51,542 bases of DNA from Priapulus caudatus (lineage: Eukaryota), in assembly GCF_000485595.1 (NCBI RefSeq), contig NW_014577066.1:1056132-1107673 (forward strand), given 5' to 3'. A program made the translations under genes and the position numbers. The stretch's first letter is position 1. The number at the start of each line of letters is the position of its first letter. A model generated the notes under the pieces. The model was not told where the DNA came from, made no database searches, and saw nothing but the letters and a program-made list of their open reading frames with translations. This document shows positions 37,713 to 48,514 of the stretch, piece by piece.

Positions 37713-38412
37713 GCTTCTTGTCCGGAGAGAACTGCAGGTAAAACTGCCGGTGCTAGCTCAAGTGAAACATGAAGCGTTCGCGTACGCAGGGGAGCCGGTA
37801 CCCGGACAGTGAGCCGGTGTGCGCACCGGCAGCGCGATGCAGAGAGCGAGACAGTACGTGAATCCGTCACCGGTTTTCGTCTGCTTCGATTTGTATCGGC
37901 CTATCAGCGAGCTACGTTGTAGTGACGTACCGCAGGGTTTCATGTGCTTGGTGACGATATCACGAGGTCAGTGTGCGAGTCATTGTCATGTATTCGCTTG
38001 CGTTTTATTTGCACTAATTTTAAATAGGCAATGTCAGTTTGTGTCATTCATGTCTCGTGCTTCTTGTAACCAAGTAATGATCGCAGATACTAGAGTAGTG
38101 TAATTATATGTATCATGTAAATACAGCCTCGTCGTTATTTAAGATAGTAACGCAAAAACAAACATTTTAAATAATATTTAAACATAATATACTCATATAA
38201 TTTAGATTCATTTATATATACACGACATAATCGTACGCTATGGCAGTCAACATGCAGCAGGTAAAACACAGATTCAGTTGGACAGATATTACAAGTATGA
38301 CTTTCGGATATATCTAACTGTTTCTCAATTCACAAGAAACAAATAAATGCAATAATGATTGTGTGTCATTCGAGCAAGAGACCATACATGCTAACTAATA
38401 CTAACGCTGATA

Positions 38413-39318
38413 GGGTCTATGTCTCCCTGGGTACTGCCGAAACGTACCATGGGTACGGTCCGGTATACCGGAACGTACCCGGGTAACTGGCAGTACCTAG
38501 GGTACGGTCCGGTATACCGGAACGTACCCGGGTAACTATCTGATATGATTAGGGTTAGGGTTAGGGTTAGGGAGTAGGCGTAGGCGACTCCCTAGACTCG
38601 TTATAGTGGAGTAGGCGAAGTGCGGTCCGGCATATTAGATAGTACCATAGTATAATTTGCATTGGCTGCCAGTCTATTTCCGTATAGAGTTTAAAATACT
38701 ACTAATCACTTTTAAGGCATTACAATTACATTGTATGTCACCAGATTATATCAGGAAATTAGTCACATTAAAGAGACCTAATCGGTACAGTCTGCGCTCT
38801 GGTAACCAAATGTTAATTGAGCTACCAGCTGTAAAAACGTTGACTACACTTGGCGATCGAGCTTTCTCATCAGCTGCCCCAAAATTATGGAATAAGCTAC
38901 CTAGTCATATTCGATGTGAAAAGTCGCTGGAATCTTTTAAACGCCTAGTCAAAACTCATTTATTTAACATTGCATTTAACACATAGACATTATATTTTTA
39001 GGTGTACATTTGATTTGAGTTCTATTTTATTGAAAATGTTATATTATTGTCGTTTTTAGGATCTATATTTTACAATGTTGCAGTCCGCTATTTATAATCA
39101 GGAATTGTTACAGGATTGTCGTAATTTAAGCATCTATATTTTACAGTGTTGCAGCCGGCTGTTTTATAATCAGCCTTTGTAATGCGCACGTGAACATATC
39201 TGCATGCAACGTGCGCAATATAAATCAATAAATATTATTATTATTATTTGGTACGATCCGGTATACCGGACCGTACCCAGGGTACGTTCCGGCAGTACCC
39301 TGGGGGACATCTAGACCC
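38413..39318. mobile_element. TIR element (GGG...CCC ends, ~70-bp TIR) with (TTAGGG)4 and a nested LINE fragment
   Basis: gggtctatgtctccctgggtactgccgaaacgtaccatgggtacggtccggtataccgg... is inverted at 39250-39318. It has a duplicated subterminal palindromic unit and ttaggg x4 at 38549-38572. No clear TSD. Confidence 0.75.
38657..39248 (+). mobile_element. 5'-truncated L2/CR1-group LINE (ORF2 C-terminus, 3' UTR, (TTA)n tail)
   Basis: LHWLPVxxRIEFKILLITFKAL...GDRAFSSAAPKLWNKLP..IR...SLESFKRLVKTHLF is the standard L2/CR1-group ORF2 end. A 3' stem-loop (tgcgcacgt...acgtgcgca), aataaa and a tta repeat follow. Confidence 0.9.
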
Positions 39319-39748
39319 TGGCAGCAATACTAACAACGACGATGACAGCAAGAGATCCAGAACCTCTCAGCGCTTAAGGCCAATTCGAAAAATTCACTGA
39401 GAAGATTGATAGTAACGCACTAAGGGATTGTCCACAAACACTAACGTTACCGGCCGGCAGAATCTAAAAAATAGAATTATGTAAGCGTCATAGTGTACAT
39501 TTACGTAAACCCTGAAACGTTATTTACAATACAACTCGTCCCCGCTACTGACGTGAAACGAACACGTGATCCACGGTGCTCGCTACAATAGTACATCCTG
39601 GGCCTTACATGACGGTCAAGTGGCTTTATTGCACATAGGTGTCACGATAGCTGATACGGCAAAATTATTAACTAAACGTCAAACAATTCTAATACATCGC
39701 TACGTTTTGATTATAATGTATATCACGTACTACATATACAACTTCGAA

Positions 39749-39973
<225 letters not shown>

Positions 39974-40627
39974 AATAGATATAGTAGTAAGCCAACCAGG
40001 GTAAGCCAGCGATGGTTCGCAGTCAGCGAAAACAAGATTCATTACAATTGTAGATGCGCCTATGTACACGCTCTTCAGACATGCATATCACGTACTAACA
40101 CACTTCGTAGCAAAGCATACCGTTTGCCTTATTGCGAAGTTATCACCAAATAAAATAACCAGAACGAAATACCGCGTTGATTTTTCACGATGTACACCGA
40201 TTCCTATACACTACATCACAGCGACGGTGACACGCACAGACGAGTGTGCACGCGTGCGCCCACACTCACGCAAACATCGAATGAACAGATACACGTATGT
40301 ACACACATGGATCAAAATATTATACGAAATGCAAAACTGAACATAACCTCGCGCAGTAGTCTTCGGTAGTTTATATATACATGTAGAACTGACGCGCTGT
40401 TTAACAACGCGATTTCAAAATATACACTGATGTTTCGTCAACGAAAGATCAATCGATTAATACTGTTCATGAAGCGTACGGAGTTGTAATCAGATCGCAC
40501 GGGGAGGGGCATTTACTCAATGCTTCATGTAATGAATGCTGTAACGTGTGCAAAATCCCGTGCGGGATGCTTGTTGACTGAAGTGGAATCCGCTTGGAAT
40601 AAGAGCAGCGGTGAAGGTAGACGTGTC

Positions 40628-41878
40628 CTACACTGCAAAGTAGTTCGCCTTATTACTGTCCTCCGCCATCCCCATTCTACTGTACCCCTCTTCGTAGCTG
40701 CGGCAGAATTCCAGCGTTCCAGGCAGGTTAGATGGCTGTGACGTCATGCGGTAGCCGTCGTCGACTTGGCACCGTTGGCCGCCAGGTGTCAGCTGCGGAG
40801 CTAACATGGCGCATGGCGTTGTCATCAACACGTCATCATCGTCGTCGATGTAGAGCGTGCTACTGTTCAGTGTGTCGTCCGCGCATGCGCAGTGTTTCGG
40901 CGCTGCCCGCGGTGACGTCGGGCGTGACGTAGGAGGCGAGCTGGTGACGATGTAGCCTGCGCTGTTCATGCGGCCCAGAGGCACATGGCGGGCAGCGAGC
41001 AACATGTTGCGTGAACCGTCGATCGGCGCGTTGTCGTCCGCCGCTCTCCCGTCCGCTAACGTGTCGTCACCGCGGGTCGTCGCGCGTTTTGCCGACGCTA
41101 GTTCGTCGCCGTTATCCTCGTCGTCCGCGTCGGCGAAGGCGAGCAGAGTGTAGTGGCACATCGCAGCGCCATCTGGGCGTTCGCCGTCTACGCTTTTCGC
41201 CGGCGTGTCGTCGGCGTTGCCGTCGCCTGCTCGAACATTTCCCGCCCGCGTCGCCTGCTGCTCTCGCTGCACGGGGGCCTGATCCGCCATATTGTCTGTG
41301 CGCGTGCGCTGCACCTGGGAAGGACCGCACGGCTTGTACGTCGCATTACATATCATCGGGACCTTCGGCGGCTGCGCGAGAGTAGCGACCGCTTTCGTCT
41401 CCTTTGCGTTTCGGAACAGAGAGCGAAACGGGTGCCCGTCTCGGGCGGGCTTCGGCTGCGCGACGCCTACGTGCCGTCGCTCCTCGGCGATGACGGAGTA
41501 CGGGTTCTCGTTGGCGTTGAAGTCGCATGCGGGCGCTGAACAGACGCCCGAGTCGCGCGCGTCGTCGCGCAGCAGGTCCTTACCGCTGTCGACGTCCTCG
41601 CCGACGTCCGGCGTCGTCGTCGTAGACTGGCGCTGATACTTTCGGCACTTGCCGATCGGCGCCGTCGCGTCGCCGAAGCCGACGCTGTTGCGGCAGCGCT
41701 CCGTCGGACTAGCGAAGCCGGAGTCGGTCGACGAGATGCTCTGCTTCTGCTCTCGACCCATGCCGTCGACGTGCAGGTAGGAGATGATCGTGTAACTGTC
41801 AGGGTCAACGGACATGGATAGCTCCACCGAGAGAGGACGCTTGCCGTTCTGGTCGTAGGCGAGTGGATCCTTGATGGT
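40628..41878 (-). CDS. dome: Dome-like exon 12: cytoplasmic tail
   Basis: ttgcag| acceptor, phase 0, 416 codons plus stop. Tyr motifs include YTII, YQRQ, YSVI, YTLL, YSRM and a terminal YFAV. Confidence 0.85.
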   Translation of the reverse strand, partial: TIKDPLAYDQNGKRPLSVELSMSVDPDSYTIISYLHVDGMGREQKQSISSTDSGFASPTERCRNSVGFGDATAPIGKCRKYQRQSTTTTPDVGEDVDSGKDLLRDDARDSGVCSAPACDFNANENPYSVIAEERRHVGVAQPKPARDGHPFRSLFRNAKETKAVATLAQPPKVPMICNATYKPCGPSQVQRTRTDNMADQAPVQREQQATRAGNVRAGDGNADDTPAKSVDGERPDGAAMCHYTLLAFADADDEDNGDELASAKRATTRGDDTLADGRAADDNAPIDGSRNMLLAARHVPLGRMNSAGYIVTSSPPTSRPTSPRAAPKHCACADDTLNSSTLYIDDDDDVLMTTPCAMLAPQLTPGGQRCQVDDGYRMTSQPSNLPGTLEFCRSYEEGYSRMGMAEDSNKANYFAV

Positions 41879-43360
41879 CTGCAAGTGAAAGAGGACGGCG
41901 ATGATGAAGCTGATAGAAGGAAGCAACTTTGCGTTCTGCTTTTATTTCACGTATAAGATTTCTTTGGCGTCGCTCCTAATATATATATATATTTTTTTTT
42001 TATATATAGCTTAGCGCCTGGAACTACAGATACCATCGCACGTTAGTTCAGTGTTTTCGTGTGCGTGCCAATTAGCCGTGCGCAAATTAAAGGTATCGTG
42101 AACATTTTCTATTGGTTGTTCCCATGGGTAGACTCGGTTAGGCTTACCTGATCAACGTTGGGCAAAATAATAATGCCTTCCAGTTCAGCAAATTTACACC
42201 ATCTCTGTTTAATAAATCTGAAACAAAATTACAGCGTAAGATTTACAATAATCCACAGCAAAAAGTGTATATTATACAGCTCAAGCTCTTTTTTGGATCC
42301 ATGTAAAAGTTCATAGTACAATTCTCATCTGTAAAATGCGGAGGTAACATGTTTTGCTCTAGCTCCTACCTGCCTAGTGCTATTATTTTGACAGGAATAA
42401 CACGGCCATTAACATCGTTTCATTTGAAATACGTTCCCTATCATTTACCATCATTAAGCACGATCTGTTTAACGACTCATATATCGGGCTCTGCTTTCCC
42501 ATGTTATTATTTGGATACATTCACCGGTATTATCTGGGACGTCGCCGGATTATCTGACGTGTATACGCGTTTACATTTCCCGCGTCATTTTTACATTACC
42601 GGCGCCTTATGGTGATAGTAATCAACGTAAACCTTATCTATATCCATTTCTACGTCGGACGCACGCAACTCCAGAAAATAAAGAGGATACGTGGTTGGTA
42701 AAAAGTCTACTTACTTTCTCTTCCAAATAACGGAGGCAATGCCGAGAAAAAGGCAGACGCCGATTGCGATGGCAATATATATCCAATCGGGAACCTGGCC
42801 GACAGCTGCTACTGAGGCTGCGATGAAATGGAAATAAATGGAATTACTCTTCTGAGAATACATGAAAGACACAACGTGTCGGGGTTACGCTTCGTACTTC
42901 TGTAAGTTCTGTTTGCTCCACAATTTCTAGAAGCCTTCCGATGAGTTCAGCTGATCTATGTTCAACAGCATGTGAACCTTATAATTCTGACACTCGGTCT
43001 TGGAACTATTACAGATGTTCTTGAAATTCATCATATCTAACACGCCACGTGGAAGCATTCCATTAACATCGTGCCGTGGTTATTGCCACCACGAAACCAT
43101 GCGATTCTCACCTAGGAACGTCGTCTCCAGGTAGGCCTCGGTGGCCCAGTAGATGCCACTCGTCCTGTTGCCATCCTGCAGCGATATGCCTACTTTAGCG
43201 ACGCAGTGGTTGGCGATGTCCTTGAGGAGGTAGGAGCGCGCCGCTGCTCCGTGAGGTACATGCGTCCACTGCAGCTCACCGACGCACTCCCCGCGGCATG
43301 GCACGATGTTACACGCACACCAGTACATGGTCACAGATGTCGCAGGGCTCGTAGCTACAA

Positions 43361-43399
<39 letters not shown>

Positions 43400-43413
43400 T
43401 GATAATAATGATA

Positions 43414-43452
<39 letters not shown>

Positions 43453-43468
43453 ATGCTGACTACTTCTG

Positions 43469-43500
<32 letters not shown>

Positions 43501-44276
43501 CATTATTATTATTATGATAATCCCAATAAATAATTATTTTTGTAACTGTTGCAAATGACAAAATTGAATTATTATTATTAAGATTATGATCATTATTATG
43601 TATTATTATTATTAACAATATTAATAATAATAATAATAATAATAATATCATTGTGTATGCGTGCGTGCGCGCGCGAGTGCTTGTGTCATTTTATATTCCT
43701 TTATATTTTATTTACATTTATATCTTGTATCTTTATGTTAAATTACCAAGTTAGTAATAATTCCGCAGTTATGACATCGAGCGCTGGTAAAACTACAGCA
43801 TGACCACGCGTCTACGCAGCGTCTCTCACATTTGTAACGCAGTGCAAAGTTCAATAATGAAAGTCTTGCGAAATTTATTACCGATAATAGCGCCTGTTTA
43901 TGCGAACAAGAAAACATAATAATTTCCACAATTTTCGTATTTATTGCTGCAGCGTTTAATCGTCGATGTAACTATGACTGGCGTACCTTGTAATTCCCAG
44001 GTAAGCTGGACGTCACCTTCAGCGCAGGATCCAATATGGCTGCTGCTCAGATAGGACGGTCCCTGGAGAACTGTTGAGAGGAATAGCACAATCACATCAT
44101 TAGCACAGCGAAGGCTAGTACTTCCCGGGTGTATTGATATTCATGTCACAGCACAACCGGGATGCAGGGCTAAAGCTAATGCGCAAATGTTGACGATTAA
44201 AAATCTACGAGGAAATCGGCTATGAAGAAGGGATTGACCATGAATGAACTACGAATAAGCGCGCGCGCGCGCGTCG

Positions 44277-44324
<48 letters not shown>

Positions 44325-44837
44325 TGTGTTGTGTGTTGTGTGTGTTGGTGTTATGTGTGGTATGTTTTGTCAGTGTATCATTTTCTAATCTCAAACATGA
44401 CGTATACCTCATCTCATTTTTCATATTCTGCCCACTCATTTACCTCATAACTTTTCCTCTAACGAGTTTAACATTTTGCCACACAGACAGCAACCAGACG
44501 GGACACTCACGTTGCTGGCTTGACGGAACCGTGGCCCTAGAAGAAACGCGCGACTCTCCAGCGTCGTTTGACAACCCAAATGTCGAGCTGCATTTTGTTC
44601 GTCTGCCTCAGTGTCACTTCGAGACTCGTCGTATTCACAATGATGTCGTCGTCGGCGCTGCCAGGCTTTTCGATCACGTGACCACTGATGAGCTTCTTCA
44701 GCTTGTAGCCGGTGAATTTGCCGCGAACATCACCTTGCTGAGGCGACTGTGAACGGAGGCGTTATACATTAGGGGCAAATGCTTAAACACCGCTGATCCA
44801 TTCTGGGAGACGTCCGACACGTACACGTACGCATGCG

Positions 44838-44891
<54 letters not shown>

Positions 44892-45233
44892 GCACGCACG
44901 CACGCACGCACGCACGCCACGCACGCACGCACGCACGTACGCACGACGCCACCCCACAGACCACGCTAAGACCACACACTATACACACACGCACCACGCA
45001 CAGCACACACACACACACACACACAAACACACCACACCGACACACACACACACACACACACACCCACACACACACACACGTGACATTTGAGCGATTATAA
45101 AAGCAGACATCANNNNNNNNNNACATCGCCATGCTAAGGCGACTGTGAACGAAGGAGTTATACATTAAGGGAAAATGCTTAAACACCGCTGATCCATTCT
45201 GGGAGACGTCCGACACGTACACGTACGCATGCG

Positions 45234-45283
<50 letters not shown>

Positions 45284-48200
45284 ACATTGCGCGCATATAA
45301 AGACAGACACACATGTAATACACGTATATACTAGGTGGCTATAGCTTACTCACCTGCCAGTACAAATGGACCAGTCGATCTCCACCATCTAGGGACTTCA
45401 ATGAGAAGGCTCCGTTTGTCATAGGAGGTCCAGACAACGGCGCTGTAAAAGTAAAATGCGGATAATTTATATCAAATGCGACGAAAGGTGCGTCGCACAC
45501 ACACACAAAAACGAATGCCAATAATACTACAGTGATACTCTAATACACATACTACACAACTACATACCACAAACACAACTACACTAACACTGCCAGCTCA
45601 TCTATAGCAGGGGACCATACCTGCGGAGGTTGTATTCGCGCTGATTGGTCCACTAGACGAGCTCTGGAAGTGGCTATGCTCCGGTCTACACCTCGCGTAG
45701 AGGGTGTAGTTTGTGTAGGCCGCAAGGCCACATATAACCATCTGCTTCTTGTCTTGATTGTCAGCGTTTATTAGCCCGATCTTCGTCGCATGTTTCGATG
45801 GCTGGTGGATAAAATATCAAAACTTCAATATTAGAAATCCGCTCAAACAGCCGTTTTTAGCTTCACACGATTAGAAGAACCCGTTAAAGATGATAACAAG
45901 TCGAAAATTGTTGTTCATTGGGAACTTCATAGCGCAATGACATCGAGTGAAATGCTTGTCAATCCCACATAGGGCAGTGCCAGTGGATTTACGCCCCGTA
46001 TAGTCGTCGCTCCAGACCTCCGCTACACGCGCGGCATATTTGATCATACACAGGGCAGTGCCAGTGGATTTACGCTCCATAGGTCGCTACACGTGCGGCA
46101 TATTTGAAAGCTAGGCTCGGCTAGCAAGAGGGAGATAATATGTGCTCTCCTCGGAATTAACCACAAATGAGATCCTATAAGCGCGCTACAAGACAAGTAA
46201 TCATATCAAATTATGTCCTTCTCTGATCTCTTTCAAGGAATTACTCACCTTATTGGATTCCCGCCCCTCGCGTCTGTACTGAATATCACACTCGACGTCG
46301 AAGTCGAGCAGGTCCCAGATGCTTGTGGCGGCGTTGCTGTCGTAGCCGACTGTCACATCCAGACAGCTACTATTCAGCGGACGGGCGACGAAGAACGGCG
46401 GTGGAGGCAGTCTCACTAAAACACGACAGTCAGCGCTGTAGCGTAGTGGTGCAGTCAAAACGCGAACTGCATTATTGAGCCAGAGCGAGAGTGCCATCTG
46501 CTGTGGAGTTTGGTCAAAATGCGCGAGTTGTATGTAGATAACAGACATTAGCAAATGCGCATAGCGACATTAGTTTAAAAAAAATGTTACTGATATTAAG
46601 TTAAATAATTTAACAAAATTAATTAATAATTATAATATTATAATGATGAAAGTTAATGGACGTAAGTAATTTACTACTGTACGATATATCATAAGTGCAG
46701 TTATGGTTAATGTAGCAATGCTGCGTTACTGAGCAGTGAGCACGTACGTATCGTGTCGTCCAGTGATAAGCTCGTGGTCACAGCGGTCCGACCGAGCTTG
46801 TTGCTAATGGTCACCTCCACCTGCAGCTGCATTTGTGGCCCAATGGCGAGGTATTCCCCGGGTATCCGCTGCTGAAAGCGTTCGCCGATCTGACAGCAAT
46901 GTCCGTCCTTCGCCGGGCCGTTCGTGTCCGAACACTCGCACTGCGACTGCGCGGCGGCCACGGCTTCCTGCCACGCCTCCGTCTTCGACTGCCGGTAGCG
47001 CAGCGCGTGCGCCGTGCTGATGCGCGGCTCGTTGCCGGGCAACCACGAACACGTGACGTACTGACTGTTATCGAGCACGCAGGCGACATCTACCGGCGGC
47101 GTCGGTCGCTCGCCGACTGTGATCGCGCGGAAGTCGACGTCATGTAGGCCTACTGGCAGCTGACAATGGTAGGAACCCCGATGCCGCCAGGTGGCGTTCC
47201 TAATAACTAGTAGCGAAGTGCGGCGGTCGACGGCGACAGCCCATGATGTCACATTAGTCGTCCCCTGATCGACGTATGGCTGCAGCGACCACGTGATCAT
47301 TGTGCTATCGTAGAGGTCGGTGTTATAGAGAACACAGGCGAGTGCGACGGTGGCGCCATGCTCGACGAACTGGGACGATTCGGGAACGATCTCTACAACA
47401 TTACATACATGACGTTACATTACATTACATTACATTATAGTAACAGTACAAGTATTGGGCGTACGAGAGTAATTGTGAGCAAGCGCGAGAAAGAGAGAGC
47501 AAGAGAGAGTTAGAGATAGACATAGCGATAGAGATGGAGATAGAGAGAAAGAAAGGAAGAAAGAGAGAGAAAGAGAGAGAAAGAGAGACAGATATAGAGA
47601 AGGAAAGCGAAAGAAGTGATAGAGATAGAGATGGAGAAAGTGAGAGAGAGAGAAAGAAGAGAGAGATGAGAAAAGGAGGGAAAGAAAGAACCTTCCAGTA
47701 AACATACCGGCATAATATCTCCCCCCCCCCGAGGAAATCACATATATAAAACACTCACGCATGTAATGCTACTCACCGCCGTATAACTGTTCCTTCTTGT
47801 TCGGGGTGGCCAGCACGAGTACCGTGTAACTGCTAATGGCTACCGTCGGTCGCGCCTCCTGGCGGCACTCGTACGAACCGCTGTCATCGTAGGTCATCGC
47901 TTGGCGAACAAGTGGCGTTGGCTCGGCCTGCTCTTCCAGTAGCTGGTCGTCACTGTCGCCATCGAATCGTCTAAAGAACCATCGGATGGCGCCAGTGCCA
48001 GCGCAAGGTAGCGAGATGTTTCTTCCAGGAGCTATTTTGATTAACGTGTCACCTGTGGGTGAACAAAGGGTGAATATTTCCATTAGGAAGAGACATTAGG
48101 TCTCCAATATCCTATATCCGTGATCATTCCTATATCATACACTGCCTTTCTCCCTTCTCTTCTATTGTCTCTTGCTCTTCGCCCTACTGTCTCCCTCTCT

Positions 48201-48514
48201 CTTCTCTCTACCTCCCCCCTTCTCTCTCTCTGGCTCGCTCTCTCTCTCTCTGGCTTCCTTTCTCTCTCTATTGTCCTCTTATCTCGCTCTATCTCTTTGT
48301 CTCTCCCGTACTCTCCCCCTCACTCTATCTGTGTGTTTCTTCTTTGCGAACACTAATACGTACCGTGGTCTAACGTCGGATTCTTGACGACGCCGTGTTC
48401 AGCCGCTGTGCGCTGGTTGGCTTTCGTGCACGTCATCATCAGTGACGCTCCTAGCATCAGCATCAGCAGCATCGCCGGTGATCTCACGCTGCGGCTCACG
48501 CCGAACCGTGACAT
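40628..48514 (-). CDS. dome: Domeless/gp130-like class I cytokine receptor (JAK/STAT receptor), 12 coding exons, about 1164 aa
   Basis: Exons 48514-48364, 48052-47777, 47392-46748, 46415-46249, 45801-45621, 45442-45354, 44746-44511, 44070-43987, 43354-43112, 42817-42715, 42217-42148 and 41878-40628 all have GT-AG sites and matching phases, apart from one extra base in exon 7. Architecture: signal peptide, Ig, Ig, cytokine-binding module (PxxPxxxxC-x8-CxWxPG), two further FN3, TM, box1-like IIILPN, Tyr-rich tail. One-to-one orthology with dome is not proven. Confidence 0.82.
42148..42217 (-). CDS. dome: Dome-like exon 11: juxtamembrane/box1
   Basis: tttcag| ... |gtaagc, phase 2-0: (K)FIKQRWCKFAELEGIIILPNVDQ. 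Confidence 0.8.
42715..42817 (-). CDS. dome: Dome-like exon 10: transmembrane helix
   Basis: cgcag| ... |gtaagt, phase 1-2: ASVAAVGQVPDWIYIAIAIGVCLFLGIASVIWKRK. Confidence 0.85.
43112..43354 (-). CDS. dome: Dome-like exon 9: FN3
   Basis: tgtag| ... |gtgaga. TMYWC...C.GELQWTHV...TSGIYWA resembles the Domeless FN3 pattern YTxFWC...CxGxLxW...SSGxxWA. Confidence 0.85.
43360..43650. repeat. (AAT)n/(GAT)n/(ATT)n trinucleotide tracts, intronic
   Basis: Direct reading; the tract abuts the exon 9 acceptor. Confidence 0.9.
43987..44070 (-). CDS. dome: Dome-like exon 8
   Basis: aacag| ... |gtacgc, phase 1-1: LLQGPSYLSSSHIGSCAEGDVQLTWELQ. Confidence 0.75.
44511..44746 (-). CDS. dome: Dome-like exon 7: FN3, with an apparent +1 frameshift
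   Basis: cacag| ... |gtgagt. Reads SPQQGDVRGKFTGYKL...LDIW, then needs a one-base shift to give NDAGESRVSSRATVPSSQQ. Length is 236 bp where 235 is required. Confidence 0.75.
44727..45310. other. Local duplication around a 10-N gap (45113-45122)
   Basis: 45123-45310 repeats 44727-45111, including the exon 7 acceptor and a (CA)n tract. Confidence 0.85.
45354..45442 (-). CDS. dome: Dome-like exon 6
   Basis: ttacag| ... |gtgagt, phase 1-0: APLSGPPMTNGAFSLKSLDGGDRLVHLYWQ. Confidence 0.85.
45621..45801 (-). CDS. dome: Dome-like exon 5: end of the cytokine-binding module
   Basis: accag| ... |gtatgg, phase 0-1: ...ICGLAAYTNYTLYARCRPEHSHFQSSSSGPISANTTSA. Confidence 0.85.
46249..46415 (-). CDS. dome: Dome-like exon 4
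   Basis: ttttag| ... |gtgagt, phase 1-0: LRLPPPPFFVARPLNSSCLDVTV...CDIQYRREGRESNK. Confidence 0.85.
46748..47392 (-). CDS. dome: Dome-like exon 3: second Ig domain plus first half of the cytokine-binding module
   Basis: ttgtag| ... |gtacgt, phase 1-1: VEHGATVALAC...ITW...LVIRNATWRHRGSYHC...VGERPTPPVDVACVLDNSQYVTCSWLPG...SNKLG. Confidence 0.9.
47777..48052 (-). CDS. dome: Dome-like exon 2: first Ig domain
   Basis: cacag| ... |gtgagt, phase 1-1: PGRNISLPC...IRWF...DSGSYEC. Confidence 0.88.
48364..48514 (-). CDS. dome: Dome-like first coding exon: signal peptide
   Basis: MSRFGVSRSVRSPAMLLMLMLGASLMMTCTKA..., with a |gtacgt donor in phase 1. An acceptor at 48537 implies an upstream exon. Confidence 0.8.

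Larger units (their letters stand above)
28586..37862. repeat. Copy B of the duplicated segment (cleaner version), continuing into unique sequence
   Basis: Collinear with 17253-27302. Confidence 0.92.

Noticed and set aside
38657..38986. Stand-alone 109-aa host gene
   Set aside because: It is the C-terminal end of a 5'-truncated LINE ORF2 with its 3' tail.
41879..41926. N-terminal 'signal peptide' of the 432-aa ORF (MLPSISFIIAVLFHLQ)
   Set aside because: A non-ATG start within the intron's pyrimidine tract; the exon begins at 41878.
43206..43651. Poly-Asn/Asp/Ile/Tyr ORFs
   Set aside because: Trinucleotide microsatellites in an intron.
45123..45145. Duplicated or mutually exclusive exon 7 of the receptor
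   Set aside because: Only the acceptor end is repeated and it abuts an N gap; best explained as an unmerged contig overlap.
45968..46105. ~80-bp intronic direct repeat as a regulatory element
   Set aside because: A two-copy local duplication with no further supporting signal.
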